Shown here one piece after another: positions 51,631 to 59,497 of a stretch of 64,000 bases of DNA (within the stretch, counting starts at the first letter, position 1; each line of letters opens with the position of its first letter). The notes below the pieces were generated by a model. The model was not told the DNA's origin and did no database searches. It saw only the letters and a program-made list of their open reading frames with translations. Location: NCBI RefSeq assembly GCF_030013595.1, contig NZ_CP122768.1; one strand, given 5' to 3'. The stretch comes from Escherichia coli (lineage in GTDB: Bacteria > Pseudomonadota > Gammaproteobacteria > Enterobacterales > Enterobacteriaceae). Both the position numbers and the translations under genes were made by a program.

Positions 51631-51880
51631 GGTGGGACTGGTGGGAACTGTGGGAACCGCCTAGAACCACGCGGCTTTCAGTGGTTCCCACCAGTTCCCA
51701 CGTTGGCTTTTTGTGGGAACCGTGGCGGTTATTTTTTGTTCTTTGCGGTTCCCACCAGTTCCCGCAGAGTTCCCACTCAAAAACGAACAATAATCATACT
51801 GATGGTTTTATTATTTACTGATTTATATATGTTTTATTTTTACGGTTCCCACAGTTCCCACCAGTCCCACCACTTTTTCA
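51631..51880. repeat. Iteron array (GTTCCCAC/GTGGGAAC octamers, at least 12 copies in both orientations) flanking an AT-rich segment
   Basis: Repeats such as GGTGGGAACTGTGGGAACC, GTGGTTCCCACCAGTTCCCAC and ACGGTTCCCACAGTTCCCACCAGTCCCACC. An approximately 85% AT block lies at 51781-51842. The array is immediately downstream of the helicase gene. Confidence 0.6.
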
Positions 51881-51906
51881 GTTTTTAAAAACGCAATTTT
51901 TGTGAA

Positions 51907-53745
51907 TTATTCATCAATTGCGAATAACAATGCATTCTGGCCGATGGCGTAAACGCGGTGTTTCTCCCCGTTAACGGAAACGCGTTTTGTGTATCGGCGT
52001 TTCCCGTCCGTGTCGCGGTCAACAATCGCGCCAGCATCGTCAAGACTGGCCGCTATGCGTTTCAGGTCGTAGCCGCTGGCCGCCTCACATAGTGCTTCCG
52101 GTAAAAACCAGTAAACCCGCTCGCCGTTGCTCCCCGGTCGCCACCATCCGGCGCGGGTGCTTACTGGTTCGCTGTATGTGCTGCCCCCTTCAAAGCGTGA
52201 AGCATGGCGGGCGATAAACCCCGCGACGGCCCGGAGTATTTTCACGTCCTCCGATTGCCCCCGCCCACGATAGTCCGCCCACGCATCAAACATCGCTTTC
52301 ACTGCCTCCAGTGCTTCGCCCTGTTTCCACGGCAGAATCCCGGCAGTTATCGCCATTTCCCCGGCCAGTGCGCACAGTGTGAAACGCGCGGCGGCGCGTG
52401 CCTCCTGTCCGGTGCTTACGGGGAATTGTTCGCGCAGTATGGCGTACATATCCGCCAGCGTCTGGCCGTTGCTGTCGGTGCTGGTGGTGTCACTTTCATT
52501 GCGGGAAATCAGCCAGCGCACAAACTCCGGCCCGGCGTGGCCGTAATGGGTAGCCGCATTACCGCGCAGTGTTTCGGCAAATTTCCGGCCTGCTCCCCGG
52601 CGTTCTGTGTCGTTGTCGGGGTTGTGGGGTAGTGCCATTCCGTGAAGACAGTCAAATGCCCCGTAAAGCCGCTGTGCCGGAATATCCAGTAACCGCATTT
52701 CCTGCCCGGCCTTGATGCGCTGGCCGCCGCTTTCCATGTGTTTACCCACGGTCATTTCCCCGGTGGAAATAATCATGGTGCGCCATGTGTTGACCGGGCG
52801 GGCCATGCCGGACACCTTGCCACGCTGACGGCCTGTTCCGTTGCCAAGCTGATAAATCAGCCCGCCAATATCTCTGGCCGGGGCTTCGCCAATTTCATCC
52901 AGTATCAGCGCGGTATCGTTCCGCATGGTTGCCAGCCCTTCAAGCCCGGTGCTGGTGGCGTTCCAGTTGCGTTTAAAGTTGCGGGGTTCTCCCCATACGC
53001 TACAGGCCACCAGCGCCCCCACGCTTTTCCCGCTGGAACTGTCGCCCATGAAATGAAATCCGCCGCTGTCCACATCAAGCAACCACAGCAACGGCCCGGC
53101 GAGCGATGCACACACGGCCAGCATGGTTACCGGGTTTCCCCGGCATAATGCGGCCACGTTGTCGCGCCAGCCCTCCGGCGTTCCTGCGGTGGCGTACTCC
53201 TGTGAGCCTGCTTCTGTTGACTGAAACACCACATCACCATCACCGATAACCCCGCCCGGCATGACAAACAGGGCCGGGGAGTGCCACCCGGTGGCCGTGG
53301 CCGCGAGCGCCCGGCGTTTTGGTGCTGACTCCATGATGTATTCAGTCAGTGCCTGCCGTTGTTTGTAGGGAATGGTAACGCCCATGCGTAGCAGTTCCTG
53401 CCGGAGTTCTCCGCCGTCTCCGGCGAGCATTTCCATCGGTGCGGCCCATTCCCGCCACTGGCCTGACGGCGTGAGAAAACGGAGTAATCGCCCGTAGTTT
53501 TCGTCTTTGCTGTCGCTGGTCATGGCGATGACCTCCAGCGGGGAACATATAAACGTGTCTGTGTTGGTTGAGTCGCGCACGCCGTGCCAGTAAAGGCCGG
53601 GTTTCAGTATCTGGCCGCCGTCCACCTGTACATGCTGCGAATAAGTGGCGTAGCCCGGACGCGCCGGGCTGACTTTGGGGTGTTTCTTGCGTGGTGGTTT
53701 TCTCTTCCCGGATGTGACCGGGGTTTTAGTGGTTGTCCGGGTCAT
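51907..53745 (-). CDS. Replicative helicase-like protein (DUF927/P4-alpha C-terminal-like, Walker A GDSSSGKS)
   Basis: 612-aa ORF with P-loop GDSSSGKS and an ILDEIGE Walker B-like motif. It resembles phage/plasmid primase-helicase C-terminal regions. Confidence 0.75.
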   Translation of the reverse strand: MTRTTTKTPVTSGKRKPPRKKHPKVSPARPGYATYSQHVQVDGGQILKPGLYWHGVRDSTNTDTFICSPLEVIAMTSDSKDENYGRLLRFLTPSGQWREWAAPMEMLAGDGGELRQELLRMGVTIPYKQRQALTEYIMESAPKRRALAATATGWHSPALFVMPGGVIGDGDVVFQSTEAGSQEYATAGTPEGWRDNVAALCRGNPVTMLAVCASLAGPLLWLLDVDSGGFHFMGDSSSGKSVGALVACSVWGEPRNFKRNWNATSTGLEGLATMRNDTALILDEIGEAPARDIGGLIYQLGNGTGRQRGKVSGMARPVNTWRTMIISTGEMTVGKHMESGGQRIKAGQEMRLLDIPAQRLYGAFDCLHGMALPHNPDNDTERRGAGRKFAETLRGNAATHYGHAGPEFVRWLISRNESDTTSTDSNGQTLADMYAILREQFPVSTGQEARAAARFTLCALAGEMAITAGILPWKQGEALEAVKAMFDAWADYRGRGQSEDVKILRAVAGFIARHASRFEGGSTYSEPVSTRAGWWRPGSNGERVYWFLPEALCEAASGYDLKRIAASLDDAGAIVDRDTDGKRRYTKRVSVNGEKHRVYAIGQNALLFAIDE

Positions 53746-54769
53746 GCTCCATTTCCCATAGCATCAAATCGTTAAAGTCGGAAAGGTCTGGTGATGCACC
53801 GGGCGGCCATTCCGGGAATGTGACGTAACACCCGGCCAGCAATGCGGCTTCGTTGGCTGCTCTGGAACCGGGGTTATCTTTTGATGCCCGGTCATCATCC
53901 CCGGCGATAACGAGAGATATGCGCGAGCCGTATCGCTCACGCAGCGCCATAGCCACATGTTTAAGGTTTCCCGCATTCATGGCACACACCACGGCCATGA
54001 CGTTCCAGTACTGGAGAAGGGCGGCCCCGGTGGCCCACCCCTCACACACGTAAACGTCATGTTCCGGCGCTTCCGGGGCCATCAGGTCAAAGCTCCCCAT
54101 AACATGGAAAGCCCCCTGCACCTGACCATCACGGAGAAACATTTTTCGACCGTCCGGGCTGATAATCTGCACGTTCACCACTTCGCCGCATACGTTGTAC
54201 AGCGGGACAAGCAAATCATTACCTGACTGATACAGATTGCCGGGCTGTAGCCGTTTTTTCATGAGATAGGGATGAGAAGGGTTTGCCACCTCCGCCCGGC
54301 CAAGCAACTCAAAGGCCCGGCAGGCGGTCAGTTTCTGGCGCTGGTGGCGCTGTTGCTGTTCCCGCTGGCGGAGTCTGGCCGCCTCCTGTTCTGCGGCCTG
54401 TACCCGCACCCGTTGCGCCTCCCGTTGTTCGCGGGTCATTACATCAGGTTTGCCCAGCGCGGGCAGGCACAGCCCCAGCCTGTCCGCCACAATACGGGCG
54501 GCATCAGTCTGCCGCACATTCCATAAATAAGCCCCCAGCGCCACAAGGTCGCCGCCGCTGTCCCCGGTGGCGAAGTCGTGCCAGCATCCGTCCACCAGCG
54601 AGACGGAAAAACTGCCCGCGTGACGGTCTGCACGCGTGGGGTTACGACACACCCATTCAGTGGCCTGCCGTTTACCTTCGGGCAGCCATTCGGGAACAAG
54701 GATTTCTGCATGTTGTGCCGCCACTGCGGCAACGCTACGGATTGCGTTAATCGTGGCTATGTCACGCAT
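53726..54769 (-). CDS. Toprim-domain DNA primase (P4-alpha N-terminal-like), separate ORF
   Basis: Cys/His cluster CRNPTRADRHAGSFSVSLVDGCWHDF and toprim DVYVCEGWATGAAL...VIAGDDD. The likely start MRDIATINAI is at 54769 (track ORF starts at 54919). It overlaps the helicase ORF by 20 nt. Confidence 0.7.
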   Translation of the reverse strand: MRDIATINAIRSVAAVAAQHAEILVPEWLPEGKRQATEWVCRNPTRADRHAGSFSVSLVDGCWHDFATGDSGGDLVALGAYLWNVRQTDAARIVADRLGLCLPALGKPDVMTREQREAQRVRVQAAEQEAARLRQREQQQRHQRQKLTACRAFELLGRAEVANPSHPYLMKKRLQPGNLYQSGNDLLVPLYNVCGEVVNVQIISPDGRKMFLRDGQVQGAFHVMGSFDLMAPEAPEHDVYVCEGWATGAALLQYWNVMAVVCAMNAGNLKHVAMALRERYGSRISLVIAGDDDRASKDNPGSRAANEAALLAGCYVTFPEWPPGASPDLSDFNDLMLWEMEHDPDNH

Positions 54770-55076
54770 GTTGCCCGTCCTCCCTGATTTCCCCGGTGCG
54801 GCAGCGCCAGTTATACGCCTCCACAACCTCACTGAATCCGGCCACAAGTTCAGCCGTAACAGCGATGGAATCGCCCAGGCTGCGTAGTTCATTTGGACCA
54901 AGAGCATTATTGTCGCCAATTACCGAAAGTAGCCGCCCTGTGCCAGCCAGCGCATCAAGCAGTTTGCGGGCGCAGTAATCCGCATCATCAAACATTGCGC
55001 GGGCTTCCTGTGCGTCTGCGTTTTTGATGGCCGCAACCAGTAGTTCAGGTATCCGGGTGTTATACATATCACGCAT
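54762..55076 (-). CDS. Hypothetical 104-aa island protein
   Basis: ORF co-oriented and tightly packed between the Icd-like/hypothetical genes and the primase. No recognisable motif. Confidence 0.5.
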   Translation of the reverse strand: MRDMYNTRIPELLVAAIKNADAQEARAMFDDADYCARKLLDALAGTGRLLSVIGDNNALGPNELRSLGDSIAVTAELVAGFSEVVEAYNWRCRTGEIREDGQHA

Positions 55077-55365
55077 GGCTTACCTCCCCGGCCTGCTGGT
55101 CGTAACACTCCATCAGTTCGGCCATACAGCCAATGAGGGCAGGGGCTGTCTGTAGAAATCCGGCTAACTGGCAGATCTCGTCTCTGGAATAGGTGATGGG
55201 GTTTTCGCGTAACTGGCTTTCCTCCAGTGCCTTACCAACAAAGGCAATCCCCGCAAGTAAATTCACTCTGTGCCAGTCTGCATCAACGCGCAGACTCCAG
55301 CGGCTTTCTTCGTCCGGCATACTGCTCATGGCGGCTTTCATTGACTCACGCAGACAATCACGCAT
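55069..55365 (-). CDS. Hypothetical about 98-aa island protein
   Basis: ORF from MRDCLRESMKAAMSS. Upstream part of the track ORF is probably not translated. Confidence 0.45.
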   Translation of the reverse strand: MRDCLRESMKAAMSSMPDEESRWSLRVDADWHRVNLLAGIAFVGKALEESQLRENPITYSRDEICQLAGFLQTAPALIGCMAELMECYDQQAGEVSHA

Positions 55366-55558
55366 GACGCACCCCCTGAGCCGGAACGCGGCCAGCAAAC
55401 AGCAACACAAAATCACGCGCCAGCATACGGCGGGCGGTTGTTTCATCGGGTGCGTTGACGGATTCGCGGTGTGGGCGGTCGTTCAGGTCGGAACGGCGAA
55501 CAGCCAGAAAGTGAAAGGTAAATTCAGGGTGTAACGGGGTTGGGGTCGTAGCCATTCT
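55358..55558 (-). CDS. Icd-like small protein (P4 host cell-division inhibitor family)
   Basis: 66-aa ORF MATTPTPLHPEFTFHFLAVRRSDLNDRPHRESVNAPDETTARRMLARDFVLLFAGR preceded by AGGAGG. It is embedded in a longer, probably spurious 201-aa track ORF. Confidence 0.6.
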   Translation of the reverse strand, partial: RMATTPTPLHPEFTFHFLAVRRSDLNDRPHRESVNAPDETTARRMLARDFVLLFAGRVPAQGVRHA

Positions 55559-55741
55559 GGCAGCCTCCTTTTGCAAATTTAAGGAGTCACCGCCTGAGTT
55601 CCTACACTCATAAGGGGCGGTGACGCTGGCAGGGGTAGGAATACCGGCGCAAAAGGAAACCGGCCAGCCTTTCGGCTGCCCCACCAGCGCCACCATAGAT
55701 ACAGTGCGGGTCTTGCCGCTGTGCATGGGTGCGCGATGGCA

Positions 55742-55776
55742 CGACACAAAAAAAGACGCTGGGCGCGTCTGTGTCG
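55742..55776 (-). terminator. Rho-independent terminator downstream of alpA
   Basis: Stem GACGCGCCCAGCGTC followed by a U7 run on the minus strand. Confidence 0.5.
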
Positions 55777-55981
55777 CCTTTTGCTCATTAAACGGGTTCC
55801 TACGCCCGGCTGGTGGATTTACACCAGCGGGGGAAATATAACGCCCACCAGCGATGGCAGGCAAGCAATATTTGCGGTTGCCGCCCATCCCGTGGGGCGT
55901 GTGGTGGTTGTTTTGGGCGTGAGAACGCCCCGGCCCTGTTACGGGCCTTTCTGGCATTTTCATAATGATTATCGCGGTTGG

Positions 55982-56236
55982 TTAGTGGCTGGTGGGTTCT
56001 TTGTTTTTTTGCGCTCTGGCGATAATTTCTGCCATTACGTTATTGCGTTCCTCCACGCGGGCCGCAAGCCATGCATTAACTTCGGATTCAAACCATCCAA
56101 CGCGGCGCAGCCCGCGACGAAAGCCGGGGATAAATTCGCCAGCCCGAATCATGTCGTCAATGCTGGTAGTGGAACGAAGGCGCAGACGCGCAGCAACCTC
56201 GCGTTTGGTGAGGATTTTATCTTGTGTGGTGTCCAT
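55982..56236 (-). CDS. alpA: AlpA-family phage transcriptional regulator / excisionase-like
   Basis: 84 aa MDTTQDKILTKREVAARLRLRSTTSIDDMIRAGEFIPGFRRG...VGWFESEVNAWL. Confidence 0.75.
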   Translation of the reverse strand: MDTTQDKILTKREVAARLRLRSTTSIDDMIRAGEFIPGFRRGLRRVGWFESEVNAWLAARVEERNNVMAEIIARAQKNKEPTSH

Positions 56237-56369
56237 GATATTTCGCCTCTTAATTGTATTAATTGGCCCTAACTGGCCATAACAATATGGAAGCACAAGA
56301 AGGCGTGAAATTGCCGGACATGTCCATCAGATGGCTGACATGTCCGGCGTATACTCATTCGTGAATTGA

Positions 56370-57248
56370 CTAATCAACCTTAAACCAGCGTCGCATGGTT
56401 TTTTGTGAGGGCAGAGATAAACCAGCTTTGCAAAAATCGTTTTCTAATTCTGTTGGCTGGCCCTTGGTTTTGTCTTCTCTTACATGAAGCCATGGTTTGC
56501 CTCGCTTCGTTTCATCCTTGTAATACAGATAAAGCAAATCATCCACAAAAGCAGGCAGTGCGCTTCTTGGGTCTGGTTGTGTCGTCGGTGATGGTAGTTT
56601 TTTGGTTATGCACCCCATTAACATCCCGTTAGCGCAATCTCTCCCGCCATCCTTAAGGATTTCGATTTCTTCGGCGGTAATAAACAGGTCATCAATGCTT
56701 ACATCGAGTGGACTGGAATCAAAAGTAATCATCGGGCTGAGGGAATAATCGTCACCGTCAGTGTTCATTGTCCTTGGCTTTCCAAGAGAAAAACGAGCCG
56801 ATGACTTTCCATATTTTACAAAATCATAAAAAGGCATGGATTTGGTCAGGTTGCATATGGACATTAACCCTTCTATGGTCAAGTACCTGTATCCCATTAA
56901 AGGTATTTGGTTTTTCGGAATACCTCTGGGACGTTCTTCACTGATAAACAGAATTGCTGTTGTGACTTCAAAATCTCCCGCGCTATATGGTGTATAGACG
57001 GTAAATGGTAGCTGACACAGTGAATCGCCAAGCGGTTTAAATAAAACATACTTATCAGTTGATTTAGTTTCATAATGGTTAAACAGGTCAATTTCAGCCC
57101 GCCACCTTCCTGATATATGTGTACAAATCTCCAGCATTCCTATGTCAGCAAAATGAAGCAAATCATCAACACTGCACTTATTGGAGTTTGCAGTCAGATA
57201 ACTGGCCGCATCGCGTAGTGAGTAAAACAATCTTTTAGGTAATGCCAT
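56370..57248 (-). CDS. Hypothetical 292-aa orphan protein (AT-rich cargo gene between int and alpA)
   Basis: ORF with its likely ATG at 57248, immediately after the integrase stop. Coding DNA is visibly more AT-rich than the rest of the island. No recognisable domain. Confidence 0.6.
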   Translation of the reverse strand: MALPKRLFYSLRDAASYLTANSNKCSVDDLLHFADIGMLEICTHISGRWRAEIDLFNHYETKSTDKYVLFKPLGDSLCQLPFTVYTPYSAGDFEVTTAILFISEERPRGIPKNQIPLMGYRYLTIEGLMSICNLTKSMPFYDFVKYGKSSARFSLGKPRTMNTDGDDYSLSPMITFDSSPLDVSIDDLFITAEEIEILKDGGRDCANGMLMGCITKKLPSPTTQPDPRSALPAFVDDLLYLYYKDETKRGKPWLHVREDKTKGQPTELENDFCKAGLSLPSQKTMRRWFKVD

Positions 57249-57249
57249 A

Positions 57250-58524
57250 TTATTCACCAACCACTTTTAAGCCACGAAAACCGCCAGTTGCACTAAGGCT
57301 TCCGGTTGCTGCCTGTTCGATAAAATCACCCCACCACGCCATCAGTGGGCGGCGTTGCTCCAGATATGTGGAGCGATTGTAAGCCCGTCTCACCGTGTCC
57401 TTATCCAGATGGGAAAGCGCAGCCTCTATTACATCTGGCGGGAACCCCTGTTCATTAAGCGCCGTACTTGCTACAGAGCGTAAACCATGCGCCACCAGCT
57501 TTCCGGTATACCCCATGCGCCTGATAGCGGCGTTTGCGGTCTGTTGATGCATCCCACGCATGGGGTCGCTGTTATGTGGAAAAACAAACTTTCGATGCCC
57601 GCTGATTGGGCGCATGGCTTCAAGAATGGCCATTGCCTGATTATTCAGGGGGACAATGTGCTCCCTTCGTTGTTTTAGTCGCCCGGCTGATATACGCCAC
57701 ACTCTGGCATCTGCATCTATCTCGCTCCACTGTGCCCCGGCTGCCTCGCATGGGCGGCAAATAGTTAATAATTGCCATTCAATAACAAGACGCGTTTGAA
57801 GTTCTGCGCGAGCCGTTGCCAGTTTTTGCATAAATTCCGGCAACTCATCAGGCCTGATTGTTGGCATGTGTTTAACTACAGGTGGGTTGAATGCCTTGCT
57901 GATTTGAGCGGCGGGATTAGCTGGAATTAATCCAATATTCACTGCGTAATACATAACCTCATTGATTCTTTGTGCCAGCCGTCGCACCGTATCCGCTTTG
58001 CCCTGTGCTGATACAGGTTTCAGGGCTTCGATAAAATCCCGTGCAACCAGTTCTGTGATTGGGCGATGGCCTATGGGTGGCAGCACATGACGCTCAAGAG
58101 AACGCCATATATCACGGAGTGTATTTGCCGCCAGATTCTGGCCGCGCTTTACTTCAAACCATTCTTCGGCCACGCGCTGAAATGTGTTTAATCGCCGTAT
58201 TTCATCATCCCGGCGTTGTTTTTCCCTGTGTTCTTTGGGGTCAGTTCCATTTGCGACCAGTGAGCGATACTCGTCTTTAATCCTGCGAGCATCGGCAATG
58301 CTGATTTCGGGATATGCACCAAGGCTTAACATTGCCCGTTTTTTGGTGTGTGGCTTGTAGTACCGGAACCGCCATAAGGCTGATGCGCTACCCGCTTTCA
58401 CAACTAACTCCAGCCCATCGCCATCCGTGATAAATAAATCCTTCTCGGCGGTGAGCGATTTCTTCTGCAAACTTTTAATCGTCGCTGGTGTAAGTAATTT
58501 TGTGTTTTTGGCCACTGGTTGCAT
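57250..58524 (-). CDS. int: Tyrosine recombinase, P4-type integrase
   Basis: 424-aa ORF with an N-terminal arm-binding region and a catalytic region ending HGLRSVASTALNEQGFPPDVIEAALSHLDKDTVRRAYNRSTY. It lies adjacent to a tRNA gene. Confidence 0.9.
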   Translation of the reverse strand: MQPVAKNTKLLTPATIKSLQKKSLTAEKDLFITDGDGLELVVKAGSASALWRFRYYKPHTKKRAMLSLGAYPEISIADARRIKDEYRSLVANGTDPKEHREKQRRDDEIRRLNTFQRVAEEWFEVKRGQNLAANTLRDIWRSLERHVLPPIGHRPITELVARDFIEALKPVSAQGKADTVRRLAQRINEVMYYAVNIGLIPANPAAQISKAFNPPVVKHMPTIRPDELPEFMQKLATARAELQTRLVIEWQLLTICRPCEAAGAQWSEIDADARVWRISAGRLKQRREHIVPLNNQAMAILEAMRPISGHRKFVFPHNSDPMRGMHQQTANAAIRRMGYTGKLVAHGLRSVASTALNEQGFPPDVIEAALSHLDKDTVRRAYNRSTYLEQRRPLMAWWGDFIEQAATGSLSATGGFRGLKVVGE

Positions 58525-58632
58525 CCCGAAACAGGTTTAAGGCATACGAGATTGCTTCTGTTTGTGAGGATATGCCTTGATGTATGCCTAAAGAATCTGG
58601 CTTATACCTTAGCAAACTGGCCAAAACTGGAC

Positions 58633-58668
58633 AATAAAAAACCCGCAAGCCTTGTGTGGCGCGGGTTT
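58633..58668 (-). terminator. Rho-independent terminator downstream of ileX
   Basis: Stem ACCCGCGCCACACAAGGCTTGCGGGT followed by UUUUUUAUU on the minus strand. Confidence 0.5.
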
Positions 58669-58712
58669 CGTCTGATTAACTGGCCGTATCTGATACTAAC
58701 CGAATGTCAATT

Positions 58713-58788
58713 TGGTGGCCCCTGCTGGACTTGAACCAGCGACCAAGCGATTATGAGTCGCCTGCTCTAACCACTGAGCTAAGGGGCC
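58713..58788 (-). tRNA. ileX: tRNA-Ile2 (anticodon CAU, lysidine type; ileX-like)
   Basis: 76-nt cloverleaf GGCCCCTTAGCTCAGTGGTTAGAGCAGGCGACTCATAATCGCTTGGTCGCTGGTTCAAGTCCAGCAGGGGCCACCA with anticodon CAT and encoded CCA. Context is mug/rpoD. Confidence 0.9.
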
Positions 58789-58912
58789 ATGGTAGCGGAT
58801 TATAAAGTAACTCCGTGTCGCAATCCAGCCATTACCGCGCGCCTGCTGTTTTTATAAACAATGTATTTTCAATCCGTTATACTTTTCCTGGTGATGTTAG
58901 AAAGGAGTAAAT

Positions 58913-59419
58913 ATGGTTGAGGATATTTTGGCTCCAGGGTTACGGGTCGTGTTTTGCGGTATCAACCCTGGGCTTTCATCTGCCGGGACTGGTTTTCCCT
59001 TTGCTCATCCGGCAAATCGCTTCTGGAAGGTGATATATCAGGCCGGGTTTACCGACCGTCAGTTGAAGCCGCAGGAGTCACAGCATCTGCTGGATTATCG
59101 TTGTGGCGTCACCAAACTGGTAGACCGTCCAACGGTGCAAGCCAATGAAGTTTCAAAGCAAGAACTACACGCAGGCGGGCGTAAGCTGATTGAAAAAATT
59201 GAAGATTATCAGCCGCAGGCGTTGGCGATTCTGGGCAAACAAGCATATGAACAGGGATTCAGCCAGCGCGGTGCACAGTGGGGGAAACAAACGCTCACCA
59301 TTGGTTCGACGCAGATTTGGGTGCTGCCAAATCCCAGTGGTTTAAGTCGCGTTTCACTGGAGAAACTGGTTGAAGCGTATCGCGAGCTGGACCAGGCGCT
59401 GGTAGTGCGTGGGCGATAA
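58913..59419 (+). CDS. mug: G/U mismatch-specific DNA glycosylase Mug
   Basis: 168 aa [20 protein letters not shown]. Confidence 0.9.
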   Translation: MVEDILAPGLRVVFCGINPGLSSAGTGFPFAHPANRFWKVIYQAGFTDRQLKPQESQHLLDYRCGVTKLVDRPTVQANEVSKQELHAGGRKLIEKIEDYQPQALAILGKQAYEQGFSQRGAQWGKQTLTIGSTQIWVLPNPSGLSRVSLEKLVEAYRELDQALVVRGR

Positions 59420-59448
59420 AAAACGCCACCGAAAAGGTGGCGTTTGTG
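59418..59448. terminator. Bidirectional terminator between convergent mug and rpoD
   Basis: A6-CGCCACCGAAAAGGTGGCG-TTT serves as hairpin plus U-run in both orientations. A REP-like unit follows at about 59455-59495. Confidence 0.6.
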
Positions 59449-59497
59449 CAGAGGGCCTAGTGCCGGGTGCGGCGTAACGCCTGATCCGGCCTACCGA

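Larger units (their letters stand above)
50390..58712. mobile_element. P4/PICI-like integrative element (about 8.3 kb) inserted next to tRNA-Ile2 (ileX)
   Basis: A tyrosine integrase lies adjacent to the tRNA. All island genes are co-oriented: alpA, icd-like, primase, helicase. Iteron origin is present. A degenerate copy of the tRNA 3' end (TCTGGCCCTGCTG) occurs near 50390-50410. Shared arm-like motifs GATATGCCTT..TGTATGCCTA lie near both ends. The boundaries are approximate. Confidence 0.7.

Noticed and set aside
51631-51880. Possible CRISPR array
   Set aside because: The repeats are 8-bp units in both orientations with irregular 1-20 bp spacing and an AT-rich core. No repeat-spacer periodicity and no cas genes are present. 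It fits an iteron origin.
55358-55963. 201-aa ORF
   Set aside because: Only the last 66 codons have an RBS (AGGAGG) and Icd-like sequence. The upstream part lies in GC-rich non-coding DNA and reads as low-complexity.
58713-58788. tRNA-Met (anticodon CAT)
   Set aside because: The body sequence matches the lysidine-modified tRNA-Ile2 (ileX type) and the mug/rpoD context fits ileX. A CAT anticodon alone does not make it tRNA-Met.
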